From assembly GCF_009914755.1 (NCBI RefSeq), contig NC_060934.1: a DNA stretch of 64,000 nt. One strand, given 5' to 3'. The DNA comes from the human T2T-CHM13v2.0 reference genome, Homo sapiens. Below, in pieces: positions 30,078 to 47,633 of this stretch. Made by a program: the position numbers and the translations under genes. The notes under the pieces are model-generated. The model was given only the letters and a program-made list of their open reading frames with translations, did not search any database and was not told where the DNA came from. The stretch's first letter is position 1. Each line of letters starts with the position of its first letter.

Positions 30078-30849
30078 TCTACTTTTTATGGAGCTAACAA
30101 ATAGTAGCAATAGAAGGAAGCTTAGGGAGCTGAATTTCAGAGGTCAAAGAGCCTTTCACAGGAAATGAGAGAACTGTGAACACTTCGCTGCCTGGGGCTG
30201 CAACAGGTGTGGAAATTTTGCAGAGATGAAGGGCTGTCATCACAGCCTTGAGGAACAGTGTAAGTTGGTGAGATTGATTCATCATCTGCAAGAACTCCAG
30301 AGGCAAGGACAGATCACTCAGCCCCACGATTCCTCCCAATCACCTCCTACCTGAGTTTTGCCAAAAAAACACAGTAGCAGAGGAGTGGCTAGCCAGAGAG
30401 AAACTTTCTAATCCTGTTTCATCCTGTAGTGGCTGAATTCCATGGTTCTTTTGCAGTTGAATCCAAAGCAGAGACAAAAATATCTGACACTGCAGGCAAC
30501 CCCCTCCTGGATCAAATACTGGCAAGATCAGAAAATTGTGTGACAAGTTGGCTATGACAGTGAGCTCAATTTCGTTAAAGCAGAGACCCAGCACCACCTC
30601 AACTATAAGCTTGGAAATATGAAAAATCAGCCTAGAAGCCCCTGGGAAATAAGCAAAACAAAAAGCTACCCTTCAGTCTCTGCTTCACAAACCATGTCTA
30701 TAACCAACTGAAAATGATAATGCAGCGTGCATGGAAGCCACACGTGTCCCCCAGAGTCAAACGAGACACAGTGAGTAGGAGCAGATCTCAATGACCAGCC
30801 AACAATGGTTAGAACCAGTCAACAACGGTATGAGAACACTTAGTGTAGA

Positions 30850-31110
30850 CACATTACAGACTTTCCCAGGAAAGGTGGAGAGAAAATGTGGAGAGAGAAT
30901 ATTTCAGGAGAGAAATTGAAACTCTAAAACTAACTAAATGGACACTTAAAATTGAAAACACAATGTCTGAAAGCCAAAATGTACAAGATAATAGCAGAAA
31001 GCAGACTGGAAAAGCAATGACCCATGAAGTTAATGTCAATAGAAATCCAAGCTTAAGGAGAGAGAGAAGAAATAGATTGCACAAAAAGTGAACATACATG
31101 GAAGCATCAG
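30850..31110 (+). mobile_element. Ancient L1M ORF1 remnant (continues at ~32590)
   Basis: A-rich coiled-coil-like ORF1 remnant (EREYFRREIETLK...LKIENTMSE). Confidence 0.5.
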
Positions 31111-31129
31111 TAAGAGCTCATGTTGAGCT

Positions 31130-32560
<1,431 letters not shown>

Positions 32561-32952
32561 TCTAAAACATTGCTGGACAAAAGCAAACATAGAATCAGCA
32601 CCATGTGGAGAATTTCAACCAGTCTACACTATGTAGAATTAAATTTCCAGAAAGCAAAAGAAGGTTAAGGCAGGGGAAAAAAAAAAGCTATGAAGATGTA
32701 CTTGTTAGAAATTTACCAAATTCATTAAGGAACAAAAGCGATCCACAAATTCCTGAAGCTTAATCAATGCCAAATGTGATCAATTCAAAGGAAACTACAT
32801 CTAGACACATCAGAGTTAAACTGACAGAAGCTATAGATAAAGAAAAAAGTCTAAAAAGCAGCCAAATGAAAACTAGACACCTGCACGGGAGAATAGTGAG
32901 AAGAGTGACTGCTGACTTCTCATCGGAAACCAGGCAGGCCAGAGGATGGTGA

Positions 32953-33298
<346 letters not shown>

Positions 33299-33511
33299 AA
33301 CTAGAATTCTAGATCCAGAAAAAAACGAAGATAGAATAAAGATATTCTTCAATAAATGAGGGCAGAGAAAATGTGTATCCAATAGACCCATAAGACGAAA
33401 AATACAAAAGGCAGCCCTTTGCCTGAAGGAAATAACAGTGTTGGAAGCAGGTTTGCAAGTTAGAATGAAGAGCACCCAAATATAAATACGGGGGTTAAAA
33501 CTTTTTTTCTG

Positions 33512-33816
<305 letters not shown>

Positions 33817-34894
33817 TTACTTAGATGACAAGTGACTGTTTGTAAACTGATAATAATGAATAGCAATTTTTAAATTGGTTGAAGTAAAATCCATGACAAT
33901 AATCACACCCAGGATACAGGCACAGGGCAGCATTGTGCTGCAGGCTTCCTACATCTTACACCCAGTGGTGTGATGTTTGCTCCTCCTAGATCAAGACAAG
34001 TTCATATTATAACCATTACAGCAATGACTAAAATGCAAAAAGAGAATCTGATATCAAATCAAGAGAAGACAGTAAATGGAATGCTAGAACAGTGGTTAAA
34101 TAATCTGCAGGAAAGCAAGAAAAGGAGCAACAGAGAAACCAAAAGCAAACGAGACAAATGAAAGAAACGAGCGATGTGGCTGACTTCACACCACAATTAC
34201 ACTGAGTGCAAATGTCCTGAGCACCTCAAGCAAGGCCAACGTCGTCAGACTGGACTCAAAACAGACAAACAACAATGGCACAAAACGAATCGGATTCTAG
34301 CCTGCTACCAAGGCTAAAAGCGAAGGGCTGTGGGGACCCAGCCGGCAACACTCCCCAGAGCCCACATGCTGCGTTAAGGGCAGAGCCCACGCCAGGCAGG
34401 AAGGCAGAGCCACATCTCAAGGATGAAACGGTTGATCATCCAGAAGATGCAACAATCCTGAGGTATCTGTTCCCAATACCTGGACTTCAAATCCACAAGC
34501 GAAAGTTGGCAGACACTGAGGGAGAATAGACAAATCCAAAAATAGAACAAGTAGAAAAAAATTAGGATTACAAAAGATTCAACCAACTAGTTTCACCCCA
34601 CAGACGCTTTTCCCAGTGCATGCGCCACCTTCATACGATGCGTCCTGTGTGATCGTACGGGATTTTGTATGCATGAAGTTTAAAGCAGGCCAAACTAACC
34701 TACGGGACAGAAGTCCAAACAGAGGTTGCCTCCAAGGCTGAGGCGCTGGGGATGACCAGGAAGAAGCAGGAAGAATCCTTGTGGGTGATGGAAATATTTT
34801 ATGTTGCGATTGGATTGTGGGTTACATGGGTGTATCTATCAAAATTCATTAAATACAAACTTAAGATTTATGTATTTAACTGTACATAATTTTA

Positions 34895-35069
34895 ATATGT
34901 ATAATATAATGTGATATTGGTTTATAATATACAATATAATATAATAAATATAATATATCATATACTATATTATTGTATATGATATGAAAATCTTATCCAA
35001 TTCATATTATATATAATATATGATATATTATGATTATATTATATATAATACGAATTGGATAGGATTTTC
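34895..35069. repeat. AT-rich low-complexity tract ending in an 84-bp hairpin
   Basis: (TA)-rich; arms 34986-35020 and 35035-35069 are reverse complements at 33/35 positions. Confidence 0.9.
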
Positions 35070-36538
35070 TAAAACTCCACATTCAGGGTCTGACCCCTCT
35101 GAATCTTTCTCAAATCAGAGTCATTGATCTCTGTTTTCCAAACAATATCAGCCTCTGTGATGTCAGGAGGCTTGCAGAGGGACATTTCTCACAGGACACT
35201 AAGGGAGGCGCTACCCTCATGGGGTCTGGGATCCAATCCCCGCATCCAGTTCTGCAGAGCGAGCCTGGTTTGACTCCTGTTCACAGAATGCTGCTAAACA
35301 CGTTGGATTCACCGCCTTCTCACCCTCCTCACACCATCCAATCTCCAGGGGTTCAAGGAGCCCAGCTCTGAGCATTGCCTTGGAGCCTCTGATGGCTGTT
35401 CTGTCAGGTTTGGGGTCGCTTGCAGATACCTGTGACTGCAACCTGGCCTGCAGCTAGTGTGAGATGTCACAGATTGTAAAAGTTAATGTGGAGAAAAAGA
35501 AGTCTCAGAATCAATGAAATACCAAAATATTTTTTAAAAATCAAAGTGCCTTTAACAATAACAGAGGAGAAGGCTGTTTTCTAGGGCCTGGGGCCAATGA
35601 GGGCAGGAGGAAGGGGAGGAATGGGGCGCTCAGCCTCCACCAAGGAGGACAAGCACCCTGAACCCAGCTGCCCACTCTGTTCCTGCCTCCAAGAACCCGT
35701 CACAGGTCATGCCAGGGGCCCATGAGGCTGGAAAAAGCACAGGTCTTCCCTGGGACCTGCTCGAAGGGCAGAGGAGCCCTCGCTTGGGACACTCCTGTTG
35801 CTATTGTTGAGTGGGAAGTAACTGTGCTTCCGTTGCCAGCACCCTCAAGGGGACGCACCTCCCTCCCTGCTGCGTGGTGCTGGACTCAGCCGTGCTGCCA
35901 CTCAGTAGCCCGCACCCACCAAGGCCCATTTCCCCTTCAGCCCAAAGACAGTTCTCCAGGGAAGTCATCTTGGGCCCAAGCCAGAGGGAGGATGGGCTGA
36001 ACCCTCGAGCAGGAGACCGGGCCATGGCGGGGAGACCACTGCACTGAATCCAAGGAGGATAAAAAGAGACCCCCTGCTTCCTGGAGGTGCCATCAGAGCC
36101 GGGGAGTGGCAGTTGTGCATCGGATCCCCATGGAACCTCGAGCAGGGGGTTGCTGGCTGGCACCTGGCTCCCTCCTGCGTTTTTCCTATTAGCTGTTTTG
36201 TTATGACTGCTGAGGCCAGCCAGTCATTTAAAGACAGCACCTAAGTCGGCAGCCTTTCTCCAGGGTACAGAACAGTTCTCTGTAAACCACACACACACCC
36301 TGGAAGCAGAGGAGATAGTCCCCAGCTCATTACATTTCTCTGGGCCCCACCATTCTGCCAATAATTGAAGCCTCGCCGACAGTTTTACAGTCACATGGAC
36401 AAAGCAGGTGTCGCTCACCTGGAATCCAACTTCATTATTTGCCACATCACAGAGTAAATAACAGGTTTCTGAGTCCAGGAAAGTGGGTAAACTCCTTGGA
36501 GCCTTTTCTGTGAATTGTCGATGTATACACTTTCTTTT

Positions 36539-36842
36539 GGCCGGTGTGGTGACTCACACCTGTAATCCCAGCAATTTTGGAAGCCAAGACAGGAGGATCA
36601 CTTGAGCCCAGGAGTTCAAGAACAGCCAGGGCAACATAGCAAGCCCCCATCTCTACAAAAAAAAATAAAAATTAGCTGGGCATAGTGGCTCGTGCCTATA
36701 GTCCCAGCTACTCGGGAGGCAGAGACAGGAGGATCACCTGATCCAGGAGGTTGAGGCTGCAGTGAGCTGTGATCACGCCACTGCACTCCAGCCTGGGTGC
36801 CAGAGTGAGATTCTAACCCAAAAACAAAATTAAAAACGAAAA
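36539..36842 (+). mobile_element. AluJ
   Basis: J diagnostics GGAGGATCACTTGAGCCCAGGAG, GAGGCTGCAGTGAGCTGTGATC. Confidence 0.93.
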
Positions 36843-37602
36843 CTTTTCTTTTTTTAAAAAAAATCCTGGTTCCAGCATGTGCGAACCTTTGTAAATCTTG
36901 TACCAAGAAGAGACACGTTCACGCCATTGAGTCTTAGAGCCCATGGCAGCCTTGAAGCCTTTTTCCACAAAGCCCCTCGATAAGGGAGGAGCATGCTGAG
37001 CTGAGGGAGGAGGGACTCATTCAAAAGGGTTCCAAGACAAATCCAAGACCAGGGACTGGGGGCAGGTGCAGACCCGCAGCCTGAGGACCCTGCAGCCACT
37101 GACAATGAAGGCAGGACCCGTCTTCCACACACCGAGGTCCCAGCCACCACTTCCACCATGAGTGGGTTTAGGGTGTGTTCCAGGTTTTTCCCTCCACACC
37201 CAGGGGGAGCAGTGCCGTAGGGCAGTGGTCCCCCGCTCCCAGCATCTTCAGGAACAGCGTGGGGCTCTCCTGGCCCCTCTCCACACCACGCAGATGCCCC
37301 TCCTTTCCATAGCTGCTGTTCAGGGCTCACAGAGCTGCCCCACGCTGCATCCCTCTGGGGTGCAGGACATTACTGACCTACCCTGGGCCCGCCGTGTGGA
37401 GCTGCTGGCCGGCCCGAAGCCTCAGACCTGGAGGGCAGAAGCCGTGTTGCCCACAGGAAGTCTGGAGGCCTGCCCCGCGTGGTCTCATCACACCCTCCAG
37501 CTGGGCTCTCTGCCCCCGCACCTCGTGGCCCTGGCTGGATGGTGGCTGCCATGGGGTGTGTGCTTCTGCCTCCACCTGCACGACAATGAGCCCAGCTTCC
37601 TA

Positions 37603-37685
37603 CCAGAGCCCTCACCCCCGGTCCAGGCTGGATCATCCAAACCTGCCAGAGCCCTCACCCCCAGTCCAGGCTGGATCATCCAAAC
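37603..37685. repeat. Tandem duplication, 43-bp period x2 (inside an L2-like fragment)
   Basis: CCAGAGCCCTCACCCCC(G/A)GTCCAGGCTGGATCATCCAAAC at 37603 and 37646, 39/40 identical. Confidence 0.92.
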
Positions 37686-38869
37686 ACCTACAAGGATCTG
37701 CTCTTGGAGCCACTTGCGTCTCACACTCAAAATGCCCCGAACAGATTCTTGCGTCCCCTCAAGCCTATCTGGCCTCTGGTCCCACCATTGCTCAACTGCC
37801 ACACCTGGGTGTCCTCCGTGATCTGGGCCGTGGCCAGGCCCTCCTGACCTGCATCCCTAGCCTCGGCCCCTCCCCTCCCTCTCCCGGACCGCCCTGGTCA
37901 TTTTCCTCAGGCATCTCTGCCGTCCCATCCCCAGCCCTGCCTGTCAGATCTCACCCTGTCAGGCCCCTCCCAAAGGCCCCCTATCCTCCGAGTGGCCCTG
38001 CCTTTCCTGCCCGCTGATCAGCTTCTTCCTAATGCCCTGGGGGAATATGGCTCCACGCATCCCATAAGCTTATCAAGGACGGGGTCTGTGTCTTCCCCGT
38101 TGCCTCAGGCCAAAGGCCCGCAGGTGCGCAGCTGCAGGGAACAGGTGGGCTGGGCCCCCACAGCGAGGCAGGTGTGCACTGCAGAGGCTGAAATGTGGGT
38201 CCCGCAGAGAGTGGTGGAGACTGCTGCAGACCCGCGGCTTTGGTTGGGGTTTGGGGAGGACTTAAAGAAGCAGCGGTTTGTTCTAGGGCAGCTGCTGCCA
38301 GGAAGTCTGAGGGGCCTGAGACTAGACGTGTTGGAAAGAGCAACGTGACCTTGCTGGTGTCGGTGCTTAGAAAAAATTATGAAGTGGACCTGTGATGTGT
38401 CCGTTTATCACAGGCTCAGGGTGACCTGGTCTATTCCCAGAGGGCATTCACGTCCGACGGGAGAACAGCATGGCCCGCTGTGCACATCAGACCCCTGGTG
38501 ACGACACTGTGGTCCACCGCAGCCGGAGTCAGGTCTGGACACAGAGGCTGCCTTCGTCTTTCTCACCTGTGCCTGTGATTGAGTTGAGAAGGGAAACACG
38601 GTAGCCAACGCACAGCCCTGACTCCCATTCCCAGGGCCCTTGTGCTCACAGGGCGTATGTAATTCAGGCATGACCTTAACTGTCCATGCCCCTCACGTGG
38701 GTCCATGTGCTTGCAGGGCAGGCTATGTCCCGGGTGGCAGCCTGGGCTTGGCCGCAGGCCCCCAGGGCAGCCCCCGCTCTGCCGTGTGCCCCTCGCTCCC
38801 GTCCTCCCCTCTGCACAGGCGCTTCCCCATCTGTAAGTAGGAGGATTGCAGTATCTACTGGCACCGGCG

Positions 38870-39222
38870 AACTTGACTTTATTGGGAAAGAAAGGTCTTT
38901 ACAGATGTGATGAAGCTCAGGAGCTCCAGAAGAGATAATCCCGGATTATCCAAGTGGCCTGACGCCCAATGACAGGTGTCCTCATGAGAGACAGAGAGGA
39001 GGCTCGGATGCAGGGGAGAGGCTGAGTGAAGATGCAGGCAGAGATGCAAACACCCCGGCTATCCGAAGCCAGAAGGGACAGGGAGGATCCTCCCCTAGAG
39101 TCTCTGGGGAGCACGGCCTTGCACTCACCCTGGCTTCATGCTTCCACCTCCAGAACAGGGAGAATGAGCTTCTGTGGTTTTAACCCCTCGTGGGGTGAGG
39201 CAGCCCCGGGACACCCATCCAC
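38870..39222 (+). mobile_element. MLT1C-like MaLR LTR
   Basis: GGTCTTTACAGATGTGATGAAG...CCAATGACAGGTGTCCTCATGAGAGACAG...GATCCTCCCCTAGAG...CCTCCAGAAC. Confidence 0.75.
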
Positions 39223-41874
39223 TGCCACCCAGGCTGCTGTGAGGAGCAAGGGGTGCGTAGATGTGGGGGACACTCATCTCCGCTCCCCACCCCTGGCGTA
39301 GGACCCCGTTGCTCTCTCCCTGTCATCTGGAGGTTTGCACTGGCCCCCACCCCACTCCACACTGGAGCACCTGCAGGCCAGGGGCACGTAGGTGGTGCAC
39401 ACTGCAAGCCACAGGAAGGGCTGGGCCCGTCCACGAGACATTCCCCTAAACCTTCAAATTAACTCACGTCCAGAGTGCAGAGGCCATGTCTCTCCTGGAC
39501 CCCCATGTGCATTTCCTTAGCACGCGACAGCAGCTCTGAGAAACGTGGGTTGAGACGCAATGGCCTGGAAGGTCCCAGAGCATCAGCCTGGCAGGGGCTG
39601 CAGACAGAAGCTCCAAGGCTAGGAGCATGTTCCAGGCCTGGCCTTGCTACCATAAGGACTGAAGGAGCAGAGCCCGCCGTGATGCCGCGGCCCATGGCTG
39701 AGAACTGGGGGAACACAACCCATCCCTCAAACCCGTGAACCGCGTCGCACCTCCAGACCTGTGACCTCTGCACATGCCGGGCAGCAGGATCACAGCTGTC
39801 AGAGCTATAGGTGTCCCAGGAGAAGGTGGTGCTGATACATCAGCACTCTGAACTCTCATGTTCAGAGAAGAGCATTAATAGATTTAAACCCCTCAACGTA
39901 TAGCCTTTTGTTGTTCCCTACTCTAGCTCTAATTTTCCTTTTGCAGACTCATAATACAATTTATTAGTCATTGAGGTCAGTTTGGGCATGTGGGTTTGAG
40001 GCTGGCCGGTGAGTCAACGTAATCATCATTTTATCTGCCTCATATTCGGAATTTATAATAATCCAGACAGCCTTTGTCTTTTCCTAATTTGATCAATGAA
40101 AACCCACTGGGAGAGAGACAGTGTTTTAAAAAGCAATTGTTTAAATGAACTTGATATTTTTATTGCAAAAATACATCACAACGTGCTTTAAGGTTGAATT
40201 TTATCTCAGTAACCACATACATAATTCAAATGATTCATGGAGGAGCTAATGACAAATACTGTTGTCATTTAAATAATCTAATAAAAAGCTTATTAAAGTA
40301 GGGAAAGATACCGATTGGGTATACACACTCAAAGTAATGTGTTCATTTGGGGTAATAAGTTGGATTCTGTCAAGTTTTGTTTTTTCTCACTCTGACGCCA
40401 CCGGCATTTTTTACCTCTCCTTCTAGCTTCCCAGCTGGCTTCTTGACCACCTATAACCCAGGTCCAAGCACAGCCGGCAGCACCAATGCGGTCCCTGCCT
40501 CTGGTGGGGTCCTTCCCTGGCCTCACCTGGGCAGGTAGACAGACCTTTGCTCCCCACCTTCAGAGCAGCTGCTGCTTCCTGGTGGAGGTTCAGCTCGAGG
40601 GTCCGGGAGGTTAATCCACAGGGACTTCCTGCATACCGCCAACCACAGTCAGGGCCTGGGAGGGCCAGGGTCCCGTGTCCTCTGGACCCCAGGTCTGGAG
40701 CTGCAATGAGTAGATGAGATGTGGGCCTCAAAGACGACCTCCAGGCCTGGGATCCTGTCCACTGGGACCCCTTTGGACATGTCCCACGACCTCTGAGAGG
40801 GCTGATTTTCTCCCCGGCATCACAGAGCCGGGATCCACCCTGGCCTGCCGTGGGTGCTAGGAAAGGAGGTGTGGTCCCAGGGGAGCCGGGCAGGTGCTCC
40901 CTGCATGGACAGTGCTTCTCGCATGCTCACCCCACTCTCCATGCAAACCCCCCCAGGGTCTGCCCTGATGGCAGACCTGCTGCCTCAGATCTGCTGGCAG
41001 TACCTGGACATATTAAATGACAAAGCTGAAATTTTAAAGATAAAAATTAATACAATGTATTAATAAAGCTAGGAGCCAACTTTAATAAAAATAAAACTTT
41101 CCAAAATTAGAAATTACAAAGGGAGAGAAAATAAATGCAGAAGGATATGAGAAAGAGGACATGGCCCCAGTTGCATGGATAAACCTGTGAATTGTTGGTG
41201 TTTAAAGTCTTGATGAGAAGCTTCATTTTTCAGGAAAACATGGCTCGCCAGCACTAATTCTCAGAGGTGGATGGCAATGCAGTGAGAAGGGACTGGCAAG
41301 TTTGTGGGGCGAGAAAGCAGCCCCCACACTCACGGCAGCACACGTCACTCAGAAATGAAGAATAACATGGAAAGAGACAAGTGATGTGTGTGCCCCTTAC
41401 GCTGTTCCAGGGCAATAGAGTTGAAGAGCATTTCCCAATTTAACTTACAAAGCCAGCATGGAAATTGCAATCGAATCTCACAAGATACAGACAGGAGTGC
41501 TATACTCTCATCTCATTTATTTAGATCCAATATTCAAAATCGTGTGCGGTACGCACTCACACACAGGCACCAATATCACAACGGAGGGGAGATTCGCCAG
41601 CAGACTGCAAGAACTGGCAGGTATTGGCAAATACAGAAATATAAGCCATCCCAAGTAAGTTAAAATGTTTTGTTTTGTTGGTTCAGTTTATTTTAATGGA
41701 CAATTAACAATCCTTTATACTTATAGCATAAAATGTGAGGTTTCAGCACGTGGGTAGATTGTGGAACGATCAAATCTGGATGATTAGCATCTCCAGTGCC
41801 TCAAGTATTCATCATTTATTTGTGGTGGCAACATTTAAAATCTTCTCTTTTTGCTATTTTTAAATATACAGTAC

Positions 41875-42799
<925 letters not shown>

Positions 42800-43405
42800 A
42801 TACATTAATATTAATTATAGTCAGCGTGCTGGGCCATAGAACACCAGAACTGATTTCTTCCGTTTAACCGAAAGTGTGCCTGTTGAGTAATGTCACCCCT
42901 TTCCCCACCCAGCCCCCACCCCCAGCCTCTGGTAACCCCCTTCTACTCCCTACTTCTGAGTCCGACTTTCAGAATTCTACAGATAAGTGAGATCATATGG
43001 TATTTGTCTCTCTGTGCCTGCTTTCTTTCACTCCTGGGTTAATCTATGTTGTTGCAAATGACAGAATTTCCTGTATTTTAAAGGCCAAATAGTATTCCCC
43101 TGTGTATACACCCCACATTTTAAAAATCCATTCATCCATGGATCAACAGTTTGATTGTTTCCATATCCTGGCAACTGTGGATAATGCTGCAATGAACATG
43201 AGTGTGCAGACATCTCTTCCCCACACTAATTTCATTTTCTCTGGATACACACCCAGAAGTGGGATTGCTGGACCATATGGTAATTCCAGTTTCTGTGTTT
43301 TCATGAACCTCCACAGTGTTTTCCAAATTGGCTGTGCTAATTTACATTCCCATCAACAGTGTGCAAGGGGCCCCCTTTCTCCACACCCTTGCCAATACTT
43401 GGTAG

Positions 43406-43736
<331 letters not shown>

Positions 43737-44289
43737 TAATAATAGCCAGTCTAACGGATGTGAGGTGAGATCTCATTGTGGTTTTAATTTGCAGCTCTCT
43801 GATCACTGGAGATGTTGAGTGGTTGTTTTATGTATCTGCTGGCCATTTGTCTGTCTTCTTTTTTAGAAATGTCTACTCAGTCGTTGACCCTTTTTAAAGT
43901 AGGGTCATTTGTTTTCTTACTACTGAGTAGTTTAAGACCTTGTGTATTTTAGATATTAATCCCTTGTGTGATGTATGATTTGCAAAGATTTTTCTCACAA
44001 TCTGTGAGTTGAGTCTTCATCCAATTGTTTATTTTGCTGTGCAGAAGCCTCATCGTTTGATGCAATCCCATTTGTCTATTTTTGCTTCATTGCCTGTGCT
44101 TTTGGGTTCATGCCCAAAAAATTCGCTACCCAGTCCAGTGTCAATGTCACACAGCTTTTCCCCGCATTTCATTCTATTAGTTTTTCAGTCTCAGGTCTTC
44201 TCTTTGAGTCTTTAACCTGTTTTGAGTAGACACGTGTATAAGGAGTGAAAAGTGCATTTGATGTGTCACAACATTTGTAATTGATTTTT

Positions 44290-45050
44290 AAGCTCGTAGC
44301 AAGCTAAACATAAAAACAAACTTTCTTAACATGACAAAATATATTCATCTGAAATCAGATACCAGCATCTTAATTCTAAGCATGAGGAACAATTAAAATC
44401 TGGAATAAGGCATGGGTGCCCATCATCACTAAAAGCCAATATAATTATGAAAATACCACCCAATGCAATGAAAAGAGTAAGTTAAACAAGAGCATGAACA
44501 GTAGAATGGAGAACAGAAAATGTGGATATTTAAGGAGGAGATGCATGTCTGCTTGTAAACCCCATAAAAATGTACTGAATGTGTACAAAAATAATAGCTT
44601 TCCTTGATATTAACAGCAAACAAAACAATAGAATGGAAAAATGCATTAGCAACAACAATAAATAATACATTACTTGGCTAGTATATATGTATCTATGTAT
44701 ACATATATTTATATATCATGTTATTTTTAATTGTGGAAAATTGGAAATTTCTAAATGCTAATATGTGATTCATTAGGCACATTTTGCTATGTTGTCAGTT
44801 AACTGATAACAATGAAATACAGACATACACTTATTGATGTGAAACATGCTTATACTATATGAAATAAAAAATATTTAAAACAACATAATATGCAAGATGT
44901 ATTTTCCTCTGTCTCTTTTGTAATGCTTAGAAGGATGTAAACCAAATATTAACCATGGTAATAATGGCAGATTCCTTCATCTCTTTGCTTATGCATAAAT
45001 TTTTCAACATTAAAGATGCACCTCTTTTGTAACTAAAAATAATTTTAAAT
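44290..45050 (+). mobile_element. Ancient L1ME fragments
   Basis: AAATCTGGAATAAGGCATGGGTGCCCATCATCAC (cf. ORF2 '[11 protein letters not shown]'); L1ME-like 3' end. Confidence 0.5.
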
Positions 45051-45379
45051 GAGCAAGACCAATCTATTCAGGCTGTAAAAGTTTATATAGAAAACACTAA
45101 TGTAGGCAGAAATAATGTGATGTTGCACCTAAAATTTTATCTAGTTTTCAAATTATTTATAGCAACACTTTTATATATAATGTTTGTTTTAAGTGGCCTT
45201 ATTTCACTTTGATTCTTTAATAAAAGAGGTACTAATGATTAGAAAACGGAAACATCCATTGCAGTGAATCCGTAGGACTTGGAACTGCAGTAAAGAGCCG
45301 CCAAGCCTCCCACAGCAGTGGAGGTACAGGGGCTGCAGACCTGCCGCGAGGCGAGCACTTCCCAGACTGTGGATAACCT

Positions 45380-46000
<621 letters not shown>

Positions 46001-46017
46001 TCTTTCTTTTTCTTTTT

Positions 46018-46064
<47 letters not shown>

Positions 46065-46105
46065 CTCTCTCTCCTTTCTTTTCCTTTCTTCTTTTGTTTT
46101 TGTCT
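46001..46105. repeat. (TTTC)n microsatellite
   Basis: About 10 consecutive TTTC units plus degenerate flanks. Confidence 0.9.
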
Positions 46106-46152
46106 TCTATTGTTTGTTTGTCTTCAAGATTTAAAACAATTGTAAATAGCCT

Positions 46153-46330
46153 CATATCTACGACCATCTGATCTTTGACAAAGCTGATAAAAACAAAGAT
46201 TCCCTATTCAAAAAATGGTGCTGGGAGAACTGGCTAGCCATATGCAGAAGACTGAAGCTGGACCCCTTCCTTACACCACATACAAAAATCAACTCAAGGT
46301 GGATTAAAGACTTAAATGCAAAATCCCGAA
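46153..46330 (+). mobile_element. Isolated internal L1P ORF2 fragment
   Basis: CCATCTGATCTTTGACAAA...GATTCCCTATTC...AACTGGCTAGCCATATGCAGAAG...GATTAAAGACTTAAATG; no 3'UTR or poly-A. Confidence 0.85.
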
Positions 46331-46847
46331 GTTTTTAATTCATAAAAAAATTAAACCTTAACATTAAGAGGGAAAAAAAGATCTCAAACTGCACAAACAG
46401 CCTAAGCTCCACCTTTGATAAAGAGACGTGTGAGTGTACACACCTGTGGATATGCAGATGCTCCTACACATGGCTTCAGATATGACTCTCAATTCATGCA
46501 CCCGACATGTGGAAGGCCCCGATTTCTCCAACACAATTCCGTTTGCCAAGGCCCCCCTCCCCCTCCTCAGATGCAGGAATTGCTCACCTCTGTTTTCTTT
46601 GGGAGTCTCCACTGGGTCAATGAAACAGTTTTTAATCTGGGGAAGACCACTTCCCTTCATGTTCTGATCTAATCTGTCACTGTTTGGTCCTTTTATCTGG
46701 CATTTTGTCTTTTCTATTTAATTCTTTCCTCTCAAACTTGTCTAAGGTAAATACCATATCTGTGGTGCAGTGAGCCATTTCCAGTTTCCTTATCCATTGG
46801 CTGAGACAGAGCACCTCTTCATTCCTTGTTCTTCTCTGAATGGATCT

Positions 46848-47633
46848 TTTATTAGTCCATTTTCACACTGCTATAAAGACATACTCAAGGCTGTGTAATG
46901 TATAAAGCAAAGAGGTTTAATTGATTCACAGTTCCACATGGCTGGGGAGGCCTCAGGAAACTTACAATCCTGGCAGAAGGGGAAGAGGCACGTCTTACAT
47001 GATGGCAGGCAAGAGAGAGTGAGCAGGAGCAGGGAAAACTGACCTATAAAACCATCTGATCTCATGAGAACTCACTGACTATCATGAGAACAGCATGGGG
47101 GAAACCGCCACCTCCAATCACCTCCCACCTCTTCCCTCCCTTGACGCCCATGAGGATTATGGGGTTTACAATTCAAGGTGAGATTTGGGTGGGGATACAA
47201 ATCCAAACCATATTATTCTATCCCCGGCCCCTCCCAAATCTCACGTTTTCACATTTCAAAACACAATCATGCCTTCCCAACAGTCTCCCAAAATCTTAAT
47301 TCATTTCTGCATTAACTCAAAAGTCCACAGTCCAAAGTCTCATCTGAGACAAGGCAAGTCCCTTCCACCCAGGAACCTGTAAAATCAAAAGCAAGTTAGT
47401 TACTTCCTAGATACAATGGGGGTACAGGCATTGGGTAAATGCTGCCATTCCAGATGAGAGAAATTGGCCAAAACAAAGAGGCTACAAGTCCCAAGCAAGT
47501 CTGAAATCCAGCAGGGTAAAACTACTAAATAATCTGTTTTGACTCCATGTCTCACATCTAGGTCATGCTGATGCAAGAGATGGGCTCCCATGGTCTTGGG
47601 AGCTCTGCGCCTGTGGCTTTGCAGGGTACAGCC
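46848..47633 (-). mobile_element. THE1D-like 3' LTR (46848-47215) plus truncated internal sequence
   Basis: TATTAGTCC...AAACCATATTA LTR, then internal CCCCTCCCAAATCTCA...CTGAGACAAGGCAAGTCCCTTCC. Confidence 0.9.
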
